64,000 nucleotides of DNA from Terrimicrobiaceae bacterium (GTDB taxonomy: Bacteria > Verrucomicrobiota > Verrucomicrobiia > Chthoniobacterales > Terrimicrobiaceae): the NCBI GenBank assembly GCA_044342325.1, contig JBIIPZ010000003.1:36930-100929 (forward strand), given 5' to 3'. Under the pieces are notes generated by a model. It saw only the letters and a program-made list of their open reading frames with translations. It had not been told where the DNA came from and did not search any database. Of the stretch, positions 39,893-49,371 are shown piece by piece. The first letter of the stretch is position 1; every line of letters starts with the position of its first letter. The position numbers were made by a program, and so were the translations under genes.

Positions 39893-39910
39893 TGTGACAA
39901 TTCCGTAACA
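39893..39910 (-). promoter_or_regulatory. GTNAC-N6-GTNAC box upstream of the exported-protein operon
   Basis: Minus strand TGTTAC-GGAAT-TGTCAC, ~110 bp upstream of ATG 39784. Confidence 0.6.
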
Positions 39911-39969
39911 AGGCGTTTTTATGTTTTTTTGATCGCCCCGCAGAAGCCCATGGAATCAAGATGTGAGCC

Positions 39970-40683
39970 ATGCAATCCCGTTCGCAAAATCACTCCGTTG
40001 TGTCAGTGGTCATGCCTGTTTTCAACGAGTGCGCCACGCTGGAAACCGTGTTGAGTGAGGTTTTGAATCAGACCTGCGTGGCAGAAGTGATCGCGGTGGA
40101 TGACCATTCGACGGATGGCTCGTTTGAGCTTCTGGAGCGCCTCGCCACGCGGGAGGCACGTATCAAGGTTCTGCGCCACGAGCGCAATCAGGGAAAGGGC
40201 GCTGCCCTGCGAACCGGCATCAGCAAAGCCTCTGCGGACATCGTGCTCATCCAGGATGCGGATCTCGAATACGACCCGGCGGACTACGCTGCCTTGCTGA
40301 AGCCCATTCTCAGCGGCAAGGCGGACGCTGTCTTCGGCTCCCGCTTCATCGGGTCGCACGAGCACCGCGTTCTCTATTTCTGGCACTCCCTCGGCAACCA
40401 ATTCCTCACGCTCCTGTCGAACATGACGACCAATCTCAACCTCACCGACATGGAGGCCTGCTACAAAGTTTTCAAACGCGAGTTGATCCAATCCGTCACC
40501 ATCGAAGAAAACCGCTTCGGCTTCGAACCCGAGATCGTCGCCAAGATCGCCCGCACCGGGGCGCGCATCTACGAGGTCGCCATCTCCTACCACGGCCGCA
40601 CCTACGCCGAGGGCAAGAAAATCGGCTGGAAAGACGGTGTCAGCGCCATCCGCTGCATCCTCAAATACGGCCTCCTGCGCTGA
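39970..40683 (+). CDS. Glycosyltransferase family 2 (polyprenol-phosphate sugar synthase/DPM1-like)
   Basis: VVMPVFNE, VDDHSTDGS, NQGKGAALRTG, IQDADLEYDP, TDMEACYK, FGFEPEI. Confidence 0.92.
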   Translation: MQSRSQNHSVVSVVMPVFNECATLETVLSEVLNQTCVAEVIAVDDHSTDGSFELLERLATREARIKVLRHERNQGKGAALRTGISKASADIVLIQDADLEYDPADYAALLKPILSGKADAVFGSRFIGSHEHRVLYFWHSLGNQFLTLLSNMTTNLNLTDMEACYKVFKRELIQSVTIEENRFGFEPEIVAKIARTGARIYEVAISYHGRTYAEGKKIGWKDGVSAIRCILKYGLLR

Positions 40684-40974
40684 CCTGCGGGAGGGCAATC
40701 CTTTAGACGAGGAGCATTCCAGCAGATGGCGCCCATCGTTCGTATGGGAGGGGCTTCGGTTCGCATGACCCAAGCTTCAGCCGCGCAGCGGCGTCTCCGC
40801 GAGGCGTGAAATTGCCCAACAATGCGCGGAACCAAAGTGACGAATTTTGAAATGAAGCCGAGACACTGAAATGCCTGTCTATGTCTGCCGATTTCCCATC
40901 GATCCGGAAGTCGCAAAACGGCGCTCCAGTTTTTACGCTAAAAACCAGGTTACCAAACAGTCACTCCCTGTGAC

Positions 40975-41009
40975 TTGCGCCAATCAAGGCAGTGTGTATC
41001 GTTCCCGCC
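40975..41009 (+). promoter_or_regulatory. Promoter of the Rpn gene, probably leaderless
   Basis: TTGCGC-16 bp-TATCGT-7 nt-ATG(41010). Confidence 0.65.
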
Positions 41010-42005
41010 ATGCGCTACTTGGATCCAAAGAACGATCTCACCTTCAAGAAGGTGTTTGGCCAGCATCCGCACCTGCTCAAGAGCTTCCTCAACGCGCTGC
41101 TACCGCTGGAGCCTGATGCCCAGATCGTCAATTTGGAGTATCTCCCCAGCGAGCTGGTTCCGGAAATCCCAGAGGTGCGCAACAGCATTGTCGATGTTCG
41201 CTGCATAGACCAAAAAAAGCGGCAGTTCATCGTCGAGATGCAGATGCTTTGGACCGACAGTTTCATGAACCGGGTTCTCTTCAACGCCTCGAAGGCCTAT
41301 GTGAAGCAGTTGAAAACCGGTCAGGAATATCACCTACTGCAGCCTGTTTACTCACTCAACCTCGTCGATGACACATTCATCAAGGACAGCCCGGAATGGT
41401 ATCACCACTACCGGATCGTCCACGCCTTGGACACGGGACGACGGATCGAGGGACTGGAATTTGTTTTTGTCGAGCTGCCGAAATTCCGTCCACAGACGAT
41501 GCCCGAAAAACGCCTGCAGGTTCTCTGGCTGAGGTATCTGACAGAAGTGGGTGAAAAGTCGGCTGAGATTTCCAAAGACCTCCTCGAGCAGCGGGAAGTG
41601 CGAGAGGCGGTTGAATATGTGAAGGAATCGGGATTCAGCGAGGGCGAGCTTGCTGCCTACGACAAATACTGGGACGGCGTGAGCGTCGAACGCACACTCC
41701 TCGCCGATGCGGTTGCCGAAGGTGAAGCCAAGGGGCGTGCCGAGGGTGAAGCAAAAGGCCGTGCCGAGGGTGAAGCAAAAGGCCGTGCCGAGGGTGAAGC
41801 GAAGGGCCGTGCCGAGGGCGAAGCGAAGGGCCTCGCCGAGGGCGAGATGCTCGGACAACAAAAGGTGGCCCTAAAAATGTTGCGCAAGGGACTCGGAGTT
41901 CAAGATGTTTCGGCTCTCGCCGAGATCGATGAGGATGAAGTTCTCCGGCTTTCGAGATTACTCGAAAAGTTCGGCTCGTCTGCCGAAGAACATTGCGCCA
42001 GCTGA
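41010..42005 (+). CDS. Rpn family PD-(D/E)XK nuclease/putative transposase
   Basis: MRYLDPKNDLTFKKVFG, SIVDVRC, FIVEMQ, FVELPKF, C-terminal (AEGEAKGR)n repeats. Confidence 0.9.
   Translation: MRYLDPKNDLTFKKVFGQHPHLLKSFLNALLPLEPDAQIVNLEYLPSELVPEIPEVRNSIVDVRCIDQKKRQFIVEMQMLWTDSFMNRVLFNASKAYVKQLKTGQEYHLLQPVYSLNLVDDTFIKDSPEWYHHYRIVHALDTGRRIEGLEFVFVELPKFRPQTMPEKRLQVLWLRYLTEVGEKSAEISKDLLEQREVREAVEYVKESGFSEGELAAYDKYWDGVSVERTLLADAVAEGEAKGRAEGEAKGRAEGEAKGRAEGEAKGRAEGEAKGLAEGEMLGQQKVALKMLRKGLGVQDVSALAEIDEDEVLRLSRLLEKFGSSAEEHCAS
41715..41846 (+). repeat. Coding 24-bp tandem repeat (5.5 units, AEGEAKGR)
   Basis: GCCGAGGGTGAAGCAAAAGGCCGT-like units at 24-bp spacing. Confidence 0.9.
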
Positions 42006-42044
42006 GGATTGGAGCGGCTTTCCTGCCGTGGGCAAAATCTGAAT

Positions 42045-44222
42045 TTAGAACTCCACCTTCACGCCGGCATACCAGTTACGCGGCGCGGCGGGGTCGATGC
42101 CGTCGGCGCGGATGCGGGCGTAGTAGTCTTTGTTGAAGACATTGTTCACGCCGGCGATGACGCTCACGGTGTCTTTGTAGACCTTGGCCTCCACCGTCAA
42201 ATCCCAGACGTTGTAGGCGGGGATAAAGCGGTTGGCGGGATTGTTGTCGGCGGCATAGGTGGAGCCCATGAAATTACCCATGAAGGCGGCTTTGATGCGG
42301 TCGCGCCAGTTGTAGGTGAGGCCGAGGCGGAGGATGTAGTCGGAGAGATACTGGGGAGTTTTTCCATCGTTCGGGCCGTTGATGAATTGTCCCTTTTGCA
42401 GAGTGAGCGCGGTGTAGGCGGAAATGGAACCGTAGCGGTCCACCCAACCCTTGCCGTCGTCTTTGTTCCAAGCGGCATTGGCAGCGCCAACGAAGTCGAC
42501 TTCTGTGTAGAGGTCCCAGCCATAGACAATCGAGCGTCCGGAATTTTCGATGACGGTTGTGATCTGGCCGTCATTTACAGCGCGGGAGCCGATCTGGTCG
42601 GAATTGTCGATGAGGAAAAAGCTCGTGTCCCAGGTGATCCAATCCGCGGGCTCGCCTTGGAAGCCGATTTCATAGTTCACGATGTTGCTCTCCTGCAAAT
42701 TGCCAACGACAGCGACATTCGGCGAGGTGGGCACGGCCTGCGTGAAGATCGGCGGACGGTAGGCCTGCGAGACATTCGCGTAAACGGCCACCTCGGGCGT
42801 GAAGTCATACTCGAGGCCGAGGCCAAAGAGCGGGGCGAAATTATAAGTCGTCTCGTCCTGGAGCGGCTTGCCGGTCTGGAAGGAGGATTTGTTCACGAGC
42901 TCGCGCACGCTTTGCCAGATGTTCTCGAGACGGAAGCCGGGAGTGATAGAGAAGCTGCCGAATTGAAAAAGATTCTCGGCGAAGAGGCTGTAGTAAACAC
43001 TCTCGCGGTTGCTTTGGTTCACCGTGCTGCCGGTCATCGCTGTGGGCGAATTGCCGGTCTGATCCACGCGTGGCGACCAGTCGTAGTAGAACATCATGCC
43101 GCCGGTGAGCGTGTGGGTATTGTCGAGCCAGTCCCAATTGTAGCTCATGCGCGGCTCGGCGCCGTAGGTGTAAAATTGCTGGTTCTCGATCTGGTTGGTC
43201 TGGGCTTTGGGCCCTGTTGGCAGAGTGCCGAAGCCACCACCATTCTGACGGCGGCTGAAGCGCAAGTAGTAGTCGAACCAAGTGCGGAAGGTGAAGAGCG
43301 TGCGATCCGAGATGTCCCACTCGTTAATGATGGAAACGGCATAGCGGCTCACCCGCATGCGGTCGAAAAAGCGCGAAGTGCCGTTGCGGTCGGTGTTGTA
43401 ATTGACGGTATTCGGACCGTTTTCCAGCGTGAGTCCACCGGGTTCACCATGGGTTTCGTCATACGCGGTGGAATTCAAATACCAGCGCACGGGGCCTGTG
43501 GCCTCGAGAGCAAATGTGCCGCCCCAGGCGTTGAGAAAAAAGTCGCTGTTCGCCTCGCGGAAGCCGTCCGTTTGCTGGTGGTCATAGTAACCATAGTAGC
43601 CAAACTTCCCGATTGTTCCGCCGAAGGAGGTGAAATTCGAATACATGTCGAAGCTGCCGAGAATGTTTGTGGACTCGATGGTGAACGGCGTATCAAGCGG
43701 CGGCTTTTTCATCACAAAATTGATCGCGCCGGCAGGCTGCGGACCATACATGAGCGCCGCTCCGCCACGCACCACCTCGACGCTCTCCACAGCATCAAGG
43801 GGCGGTGTGTAGTAGGCCTCGGGATATCCCACCATGTCGGCATGGATCGGGATGCCATCCTCGAGGACTTGAAAAAACTGCGTCCGGTGCGGATCGTAAC
43901 CGCGATACCCGATGCTCAGCAGCGGCGTGTTTTCCTCGGCGAGGACGAGACCCGGCGTCTTAGAAATAACCTGCCGGTAGTTGTCCATGCTGATCTCTGG
44001 GATCTGCTCCAAATCGATATTCGAGGTTTTTTTCCCTGCGTGGATTTTTGTGCCATCCACATCCGGCAAAAAGGCGCCGCTGACCTCACGGTCGTAGTCG
44101 GCGCGCACCTGGACTTCGTCCATTTGTTGAACTGGAGTTTCAGCACGAAGGACGCCGAGAGTGAATGCGGCCAATAGGGCTGAAACTAAAAATGTCCGGT
44201 GACTGATGATCTGTTTTCGCAT
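42045..44222 (-). CDS. TonB-dependent receptor (FecA-like)
   Basis: Signal peptide, plug motif VEVVRGGAALMYGP..GAINF, GVNNVFNKDYY, PRNWYAGVKVEF C-terminus. Confidence 0.92.
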   Translation of the reverse strand: MRKQIISHRTFLVSALLAAFTLGVLRAETPVQQMDEVQVRADYDREVSGAFLPDVDGTKIHAGKKTSNIDLEQIPEISMDNYRQVISKTPGLVLAEENTPLLSIGYRGYDPHRTQFFQVLEDGIPIHADMVGYPEAYYTPPLDAVESVEVVRGGAALMYGPQPAGAINFVMKKPPLDTPFTIESTNILGSFDMYSNFTSFGGTIGKFGYYGYYDHQQTDGFREANSDFFLNAWGGTFALEATGPVRWYLNSTAYDETHGEPGGLTLENGPNTVNYNTDRNGTSRFFDRMRVSRYAVSIINEWDISDRTLFTFRTWFDYYLRFSRRQNGGGFGTLPTGPKAQTNQIENQQFYTYGAEPRMSYNWDWLDNTHTLTGGMMFYYDWSPRVDQTGNSPTAMTGSTVNQSNRESVYYSLFAENLFQFGSFSITPGFRLENIWQSVRELVNKSSFQTGKPLQDETTYNFAPLFGLGLEYDFTPEVAVYANVSQAYRPPIFTQAVPTSPNVAVVGNLQESNIVNYEIGFQGEPADWITWDTSFFLIDNSDQIGSRAVNDGQITTVIENSGRSIVYGWDLYTEVDFVGAANAAWNKDDGKGWVDRYGSISAYTALTLQKGQFINGPNDGKTPQYLSDYILRLGLTYNWRDRIKAAFMGNFMGSTYAADNNPANRFIPAYNVWDLTVEAKVYKDTVSVIAGVNNVFNKDYYARIRADGIDPAAPRNWYAGVKVEF

Positions 44223-44240
44223 AACGGCGAGCAGATTTAG

Positions 44241-44286
44241 TGAGACAGAGTCTCATTAGCAAGTTTTATTTTGAGACTGCGTCTCA
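44241..44286. promoter_or_regulatory. Two palindromic operators TGAGAC-N3-GTCTCA (Fur-family-like) in the divergent promoter
   Basis: TGAGACAGAGTCTCA 44241-44255 and TGAGACTGCGTCTCA 44272-44286. Confidence 0.75.
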
Positions 44287-44331
44287 TTTTCGACATGACT
44301 CCGTGAGTTCCTTGTGCTTAAAACAGGCTCT

Positions 44332-45024
44332 ATGGAAACACTGATGGACTATTTCATTCGAGGTGGGGAGCTGATGTGGGTGCTGCTGGCCTTTTCGGTG
44401 GTGGGTGCGGCGGTGATTGTCGAGCGGGCTGTGGTTTACCTTTCATATGGTTTCGGAGCGGATCGATGGCTTGATCGAGTGCTCGTCGAGATGGAGGCCG
44501 GACGCACACCCGAGGCGCTTCAGATGGCACGAGCGAGTCGGCATCCCGTCGCGCGGGTGGTGCAGGTTTATTTGGAAAATCTCGAACGGCCCGCAAAGGT
44601 TCGTGTGGACAATGTGAAGCGGGAGGGCAGCCTCGTGCTGGAATCGGTCGAAAAACGCCTGCGAGTCCTGGCCTCGATCGCACATCTCTCGCCGCTGGTC
44701 GGCTTGCTCGGAACTGTCTTGGGAATGGTGGTGGCCTTTGCAAGCATCGAAACTCTTGCGGGAGCGCCAAAGCCATCAGACCTCGCCGGCGGCATCTGGG
44801 AGGCGCTTCTCACGACCGTTTTCGGGCTGGTGGTGGCAATCCCATGCATGGCTGCCTACCATGCGTATGAGAGCCACGCAGACAAAATCGCCCGCCGCAT
44901 GGAACTGGCCGTCACTGCACTTGATGACGCCCTACAACCAACATGCTCCTCGGTTTGCGCGGTGAGTGGAAAGACGATGCCGCTCAGACCGGAAGCGGCC
45001 CGCGACATGAACTCCGTAGCCTGA
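44332..45024 (+). CDS. exbB: MotA/TolQ/ExbB proton channel
   Basis: SPLVGLLGTVLGM, GIWEALLTTVFGLVVAIP. Confidence 0.92.
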   Translation: METLMDYFIRGGELMWVLLAFSVVGAAVIVERAVVYLSYGFGADRWLDRVLVEMEAGRTPEALQMARASRHPVARVVQVYLENLERPAKVRVDNVKREGSLVLESVEKRLRVLASIAHLSPLVGLLGTVLGMVVAFASIETLAGAPKPSDLAGGIWEALLTTVFGLVVAIPCMAAYHAYESHADKIARRMELAVTALDDALQPTCSSVCAVSGKTMPLRPEAARDMNSVA

Positions 45025-45030
45025 TTCGCC

Positions 45031-45438
45031 ATGTTCAGCCGTCCCAAACGCCCCACGCTCTCGATCGATATGGCACCGTTGATCGATGTCGTATTTTTGC
45101 TGCTGATTTTTTTCATGCTCACATCGAGCTTCATGCCGCCATCAGTTCCGCTCACGCTGCCGCAGGCATCGTCCAAAGACAGTTCGGATTCGGCGAAGGT
45201 GGTGGTATCCCTCGACGGGGAAGGCCGAGTTTCCATCTCAGAAACAGTTATTGCTGACGGTGACTTCGAGAACTTGCTGAAAATCGAACTCCAGAAAAAT
45301 GCAACCACCACTGTGCATTTCCGGGGTGACAAGTCGGTAGACTACGGAATTTTCCTTCAACTCATGAGCCGTGCACGAACCGCCGGAGCGCAGCAGTTTC
45401 AGTTGGTTCACGAGCCGCTCGGAGTGAGCAGACCTTGA
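45031..45438 (+). CDS. exbD: Biopolymer transport protein ExbD
   Basis: IDMAPLIDVVFLLLIFFML, FRGDKSVDYG. Confidence 0.92.
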   Translation: MFSRPKRPTLSIDMAPLIDVVFLLLIFFMLTSSFMPPSVPLTLPQASSKDSSDSAKVVVSLDGEGRVSISETVIADGDFENLLKIELQKNATTTVHFRGDKSVDYGIFLQLMSRARTAGAQQFQLVHEPLGVSRP

Positions 45439-45486
45439 AGTTTTAACCACGGAGGACACAGAGATCACAGAGTGAGAGGCAAAGGA

Positions 45487-46131
45487 ATGAATGCGTCTTG
45501 GGGATTTCGGGCATGGCTTTTCCCCGTGCTGCTCGGCATTTCGGCGCTTGCGCATTTTGTGCTCGTGAAAAATTTCCTCGTTCCTTCGAGCCCGCAAAAG
45601 ATCGAGTTCTCAAGCGGAGAAACAACGGAAGTTTTGATCATTGAGGAAGCCCCTCCCCTGCCAGAGCCAATTCCCGAACCGGCGCCAACTCCAGAACCAG
45701 TGCCCGAAGAACCAGCACCTCCTAAACCTGAAGAAATTCTCACAACCACCCAGAGCGAAGAGGTTGCCGCTCCGCAGCCAACTCCAGAGCCCAAGAGGGT
45801 CGAAAAAAAGCCCATCCCGCAACGCCCGACACCCGTGGCGGCGGCAAAGACGGCCAATGTTCCGCAACCCGTGGTGATCCGCAATACGCCTCCTATCTAT
45901 CCAGAGACAGCCAGACGCGCCGGTTGGGAAGGCCGGGTCACCGTGCGCGTGGAAGTCTCCGCCGATGGCTTGCCAATGAGTGTCGCGCTCCAAAAAAGCT
46001 CAGGCTACGGCGTGTTGGACCAAGCCGCGCTGCGAGCGGTCAAAACTTGGAGATTCCAACCCCGCACAATGGGCGGCGTTGCCATGGCAGGAACGGTGGA
46101 TGTTCCCGTAAACTTCACCCTCAGCCGCTGA
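45487..46131 (+). CDS. tonB: TonB energy transducer
   Basis: TM anchor, PE/PK-rich linker, PIYPETARRAGWEGRV...SSGYGVLDQAAL..WRFQP. Confidence 0.92.
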   Translation: MNASWGFRAWLFPVLLGISALAHFVLVKNFLVPSSPQKIEFSSGETTEVLIIEEAPPLPEPIPEPAPTPEPVPEEPAPPKPEEILTTTQSEEVAAPQPTPEPKRVEKKPIPQRPTPVAAAKTANVPQPVVIRNTPPIYPETARRAGWEGRVTVRVEVSADGLPMSVALQKSSGYGVLDQAALRAVKTWRFQPRTMGGVAMAGTVDVPVNFTLSR

Positions 46132-46165
46132 CCAAAAATTTGGACGATCGTCCAAATTTTTGGTC
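46130..46165. repeat. Perfect 36-bp palindrome between convergent genes (possible bidirectional terminator)
   Basis: GACCAAAAATTTGGACGATCGTCCAAATTTTTGGTC equals its own reverse complement. Confidence 0.85.
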
Positions 46166-46195
46166 GAAGTCGTGCGGGATTTTTTGAGGGGAGGC

Positions 46196-47890
46196 TTAGG
46201 CGAGAGTTTTTTCGAGGAGGGCGGTAGCGAGGGGCTCGGTGATGGTGTCGAGTTCGCGGAGGAGGGTTTTGAGATCCGCAGTGGAGCGGGCTTCCAGGGC
46301 GGCGCGGATTTTTTGGACGAGGCCTGAGATGGCGGTGCGGATTTCGGCCGGAACTTCCTCTCCGAGTGCTTCGAGTGCGGAGTCCACCGCTGGAAGCATT
46401 TCGTCGGCCTTGAGTTTGGCCTCGGTGAAAATGCGTTCGTCCATGTCCTCGAAGGCGTGTTCCAGCGAGTCGCCGAGCATTTTCTCGACGGCTTCATCGG
46501 AAACTTCGACCGCGCTTTGGATGTTGATGACGGTGTCGAGACCGGTGCTGGTGTCGCGGGCGAGGACATGAAGGATGCCGTTCGCATCGAGTTCGAATTG
46601 CACACCGACGCGGGCTTGGCCCTTTGGCACGGGCGGGAAGGCGACATCCATGCGACCGAGCGGCCAGTTGTCGCGGGCCATTTCGCGCTCGCCTTGCAGG
46701 ACCGTAATGCTCATGGCGGATTGGTTAGCCACGGCGTTTGTGAACATCTCGCCCGCCTTGCGTGGGATCGTCGTATTGCGGGGAATGATGACATTCATGA
46801 GGCCACCAAAGGTCTCGATGCCAAGCGAGAGCGGAGTCACATCGAGGAGGGTGAGATTTTGAAGTCCCCCTTCGAGGATGCCCGCCTGGATTGTGGCACC
46901 GAGGGCAACGGCTTCGTCGGGATGCTGACTCACATCAGGTTCGCGCCCGAAGATTTCAGCGACGAACTTTCGAACCACCGGCATGCGCGTGGCCCCGCCG
47001 ACCAAAACAACGGCATCCAGCGCAGAGGTCTCGAGATGGGCATCCGAGAGCGAACGCAGACAATGCCGACGGGTTCTTTCGATAATCGGCAAGCAAGCAG
47101 TCTCCAAATCGGAGCGATGATAGGTGCGACCATCGAACTCAACACTCTCCGCATCGGTGAGTGCGCGTTTGATTTTTTCGGCCTCGAAGCGGGAGAGGTT
47201 CCAGATTTTAGAGAGAGCGACATCGAGATCATCGCCACCGAGACTGGTGTCGCCGTTTGTGGAGAGCACTTCAAAGACTCCGCAATTCAACTCAAGCACA
47301 GAGACATCGAATGTGCCGCCACCGAGATCGTAGACGGCGACCTTCGCCCGCTCGCCGAGGCGGTCGAGTCCATAGGCCAATGCGGCAGCCGTTGGTTCAC
47401 TGAGAATCCGCTCCACGGTGAAGCCTGCCAACTCCCCTGCCTTCTTGGTGGCGGCGCGCTGGGCGTCGTTGAAGTAGGCAGGAACTGTAATGACTGCGCG
47501 GTTCACGGGAACGCCGCAGGATTGCTCGAGATCGGTTTTGAGTTTTGAGAGAATGATCGCGGAAATTTCCTCGGGCCGAAGAGAACGCCCTCCCACCAAG
47601 ACCCGAAGCTCCCCATCCGGCCCTGCTTCTACGGCGCACCCCGGCGATGAAGCCGCTGTCTCGCCAACCCGGCGGCCGATGAGGCGCTTCACAGAGGTCA
47701 CGACCTGCGCGGGATGCGTGGCTTTTTTTTCCAGCGCTTCCCAACCGACGACAGGCTCCCCTTCTTCAGGAAACCATACGGCGGAGGGCGTGAGGCGACG
47801 ACCCTCTGCATCGGCGATGAGAACCGGGAAGCCGCTTTCCATCACGCCCACGAGGGAATGAGTGGTTCCTAGATCGATTCCTGCAATCAT
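46196..47890 (-). CDS. Hsp70-family chaperone (HscA/DnaK-like paralogue)
   Basis: [47 protein letters not shown]. Confidence 0.92.
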   Translation of the reverse strand: MIAGIDLGTTHSLVGVMESGFPVLIADAEGRRLTPSAVWFPEEGEPVVGWEALEKKATHPAQVVTSVKRLIGRRVGETAASSPGCAVEAGPDGELRVLVGGRSLRPEEISAIILSKLKTDLEQSCGVPVNRAVITVPAYFNDAQRAATKKAGELAGFTVERILSEPTAAALAYGLDRLGERAKVAVYDLGGGTFDVSVLELNCGVFEVLSTNGDTSLGGDDLDVALSKIWNLSRFEAEKIKRALTDAESVEFDGRTYHRSDLETACLPIIERTRRHCLRSLSDAHLETSALDAVVLVGGATRMPVVRKFVAEIFGREPDVSQHPDEAVALGATIQAGILEGGLQNLTLLDVTPLSLGIETFGGLMNVIIPRNTTIPRKAGEMFTNAVANQSAMSITVLQGEREMARDNWPLGRMDVAFPPVPKGQARVGVQFELDANGILHVLARDTSTGLDTVINIQSAVEVSDEAVEKMLGDSLEHAFEDMDERIFTEAKLKADEMLPAVDSALEALGEEVPAEIRTAISGLVQKIRAALEARSTADLKTLLRELDTITEPLATALLEKTLA

Positions 47891-47926
47891 GATTTGGAAA
47901 AGATTTTTCCCCTCAGAGCAGGCCAA

Positions 47927-48166
47927 TCAGCGCTGGGGAGGAGGGGATCCGGATTCGCGGAAAGTGATGCGACCCTTGGTGAGATCGTAGGGAGAAATTT
48001 CGACGGTGACACGATCCCCCGGAACAATGCGGATGAAGTGCTTTCTCATTTTTCCAGAGATGTGGCAGAGGAGAACATGGTCGTTAGCCAACTTGACCCG
48101 AAAAAGCGTTCCAGGAAGCACATCCACTACTACTCCATTACTTGTGATACAGTCGTCTTTGGCCAT
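47927..48166 (-). CDS. infA: Translation initiation factor IF-1
   Basis: MAKDDCI...[36 protein letters not shown] (C-terminal 79 aa of ORF 47927..48721). Confidence 0.96.
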   Translation of the reverse strand: MAKDDCITSNGVVVDVLPGTLFRVKLANDHVLLCHISGKMRKHFIRIVPGDRVTVEISPYDLTKGRITFRESGSPPPQR

Positions 48167-48231
48167 GTCGTGTCTTTCATAGGTCAGGAAGGAAAGGCAT
48201 GCAACCCTTGGGCGAATGAAATCGGCCTCTA

Positions 48232-48288
48232 AAAAGTTGAAGCCCGTCGCAACGAGTGTCGCAACGGGCTTCTGTTCCCCCCAGAACA
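48232..48288 (-). ncRNA. Candidate small RNA, copy 1 (G-rich-loop hairpin + terminator)
   Basis: Own promoter (A-tract, TTGCGC-16 bp-TACTTT, TG extension; 48294-48321); 54/57 identical to 54846-54902. Confidence 0.7.
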
Positions 48289-48363
48289 ATTTCAAAGTAA
48301 CATGAGATCGGTGGTGCGCAATACTTTTTTTACTTTTTTTTCGCTGTCGGGTAGCGGCTTTTT

Positions 48364-49371
48364 TTATGGCTGACGAAGCGTGTAGTAACCGGTCTTTTTT
48401 CCGCCGATTTTCTCCACAACGCCAGCGTCCAACAAGGGACGGAGCAAGTCCATCGCGCCCTGTCGGGATATTTTCATGGTAGCCCAGATTTCCGCAGGAG
48501 CCATGCGGCCATGATCCCGGAGGAGCTGAAGCAGCCATTCCTGTTTGGGACGAAGCACCAATTTCTCCGGCAATCTCACCTCCAGCGCCTGCACACGGAG
48601 CCATGCATTCTCTAGCGTTAACCGAACACCCTCGGCACAGTATTCGAGCCATCCAGTGAGGTCTTCGCCAACCATCCGAACCGCATACAGCGCGGCATAG
48701 TATCCGGGGCGATCCTCCCAATAGTATTCATCCACGGAGAAAATGTGATGGCTGTCGAATCCACGCCGATAGAGTTCCCACAACGCCAATGCGCGACCAG
48801 TTCGCCCATTGCCATCGGCAAAAGGATGAATGTCCTCGAAACGATAGTGCAGGATGGCGGAACTGAGCACCGGCGAGAGTTTGGAGGACTCTTTGTTCCA
48901 CCAGTCCAGAAGCTCAAACATGAGGCCAGAGACATCCGCTGCGGCAGGCGGAAAATGGTTGCCTACCCGCACGGCGATCATTCGATAACTTCCGGCGATG
49001 CCTTGATCCATGACCTCACCCGCCAGAATCCTGTGCAACTCGAAGAGATCCTCGTGGCAGATTCGCTCCTTCATGGCGTGCTTCTCCACATAACGCAATC
49101 CGGCGAAGTAATTGAGCACCTCCCGCCGCGATCGAGTATCCGAGGCCACGACTTCCCGTCCCTCCTCCAGCGCACGGACCTGCTCCAGCGTCAACGGATT
49201 GCCTTCGATTGCCGTCGAAGCGTGAACATTACGAGTTCGGGTGTCTTTTTGCAACGCAGGAATCCACGAAACCTCCACAGCGGCACCTTGAATGCGTTCA
49301 CGCAATGCCGCTATCGTTTCCACCAGAGAAAGCAGGTGCGGAGTGATGGTAAAATGCGGGATGTAGGGCAT
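48364..49371 (-). CDS. Fic-family protein with C-terminal winged HTH
   Basis: Canonical [13 protein letters not shown]-terminal inhibitory motif STAIEGN, HTH-like C-terminus. Confidence 0.92.
   Translation of the reverse strand: MPYIPHFTITPHLLSLVETIAALRERIQGAAVEVSWIPALQKDTRTRNVHASTAIEGNPLTLEQVRALEEGREVVASDTRSRREVLNYFAGLRYVEKHAMKERICHEDLFELHRILAGEVMDQGIAGSYRMIAVRVGNHFPPAAADVSGLMFELLDWWNKESSKLSPVLSSAILHYRFEDIHPFADGNGRTGRALALWELYRRGFDSHHIFSVDEYYWEDRPGYYAALYAVRMVGEDLTGWLEYCAEGVRLTLENAWLRVQALEVRLPEKLVLRPKQEWLLQLLRDHGRMAPAEIWATMKISRQGAMDLLRPLLDAGVVEKIGGKKTGYYTLRQP

Noticed and set aside
9709..40683. tRNA-anchored integrative island
   Set aside because: The locus starts right after tRNA-Glu, but I saw no integrase and no duplicated tRNA 3' end (att site) in the window
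48167..48721. Long N-terminal extension of IF-1 in the ORF track
   Set aside because: It overlaps fic and the sRNA/terminator; IF-1 homology starts at MAKDD (48166)
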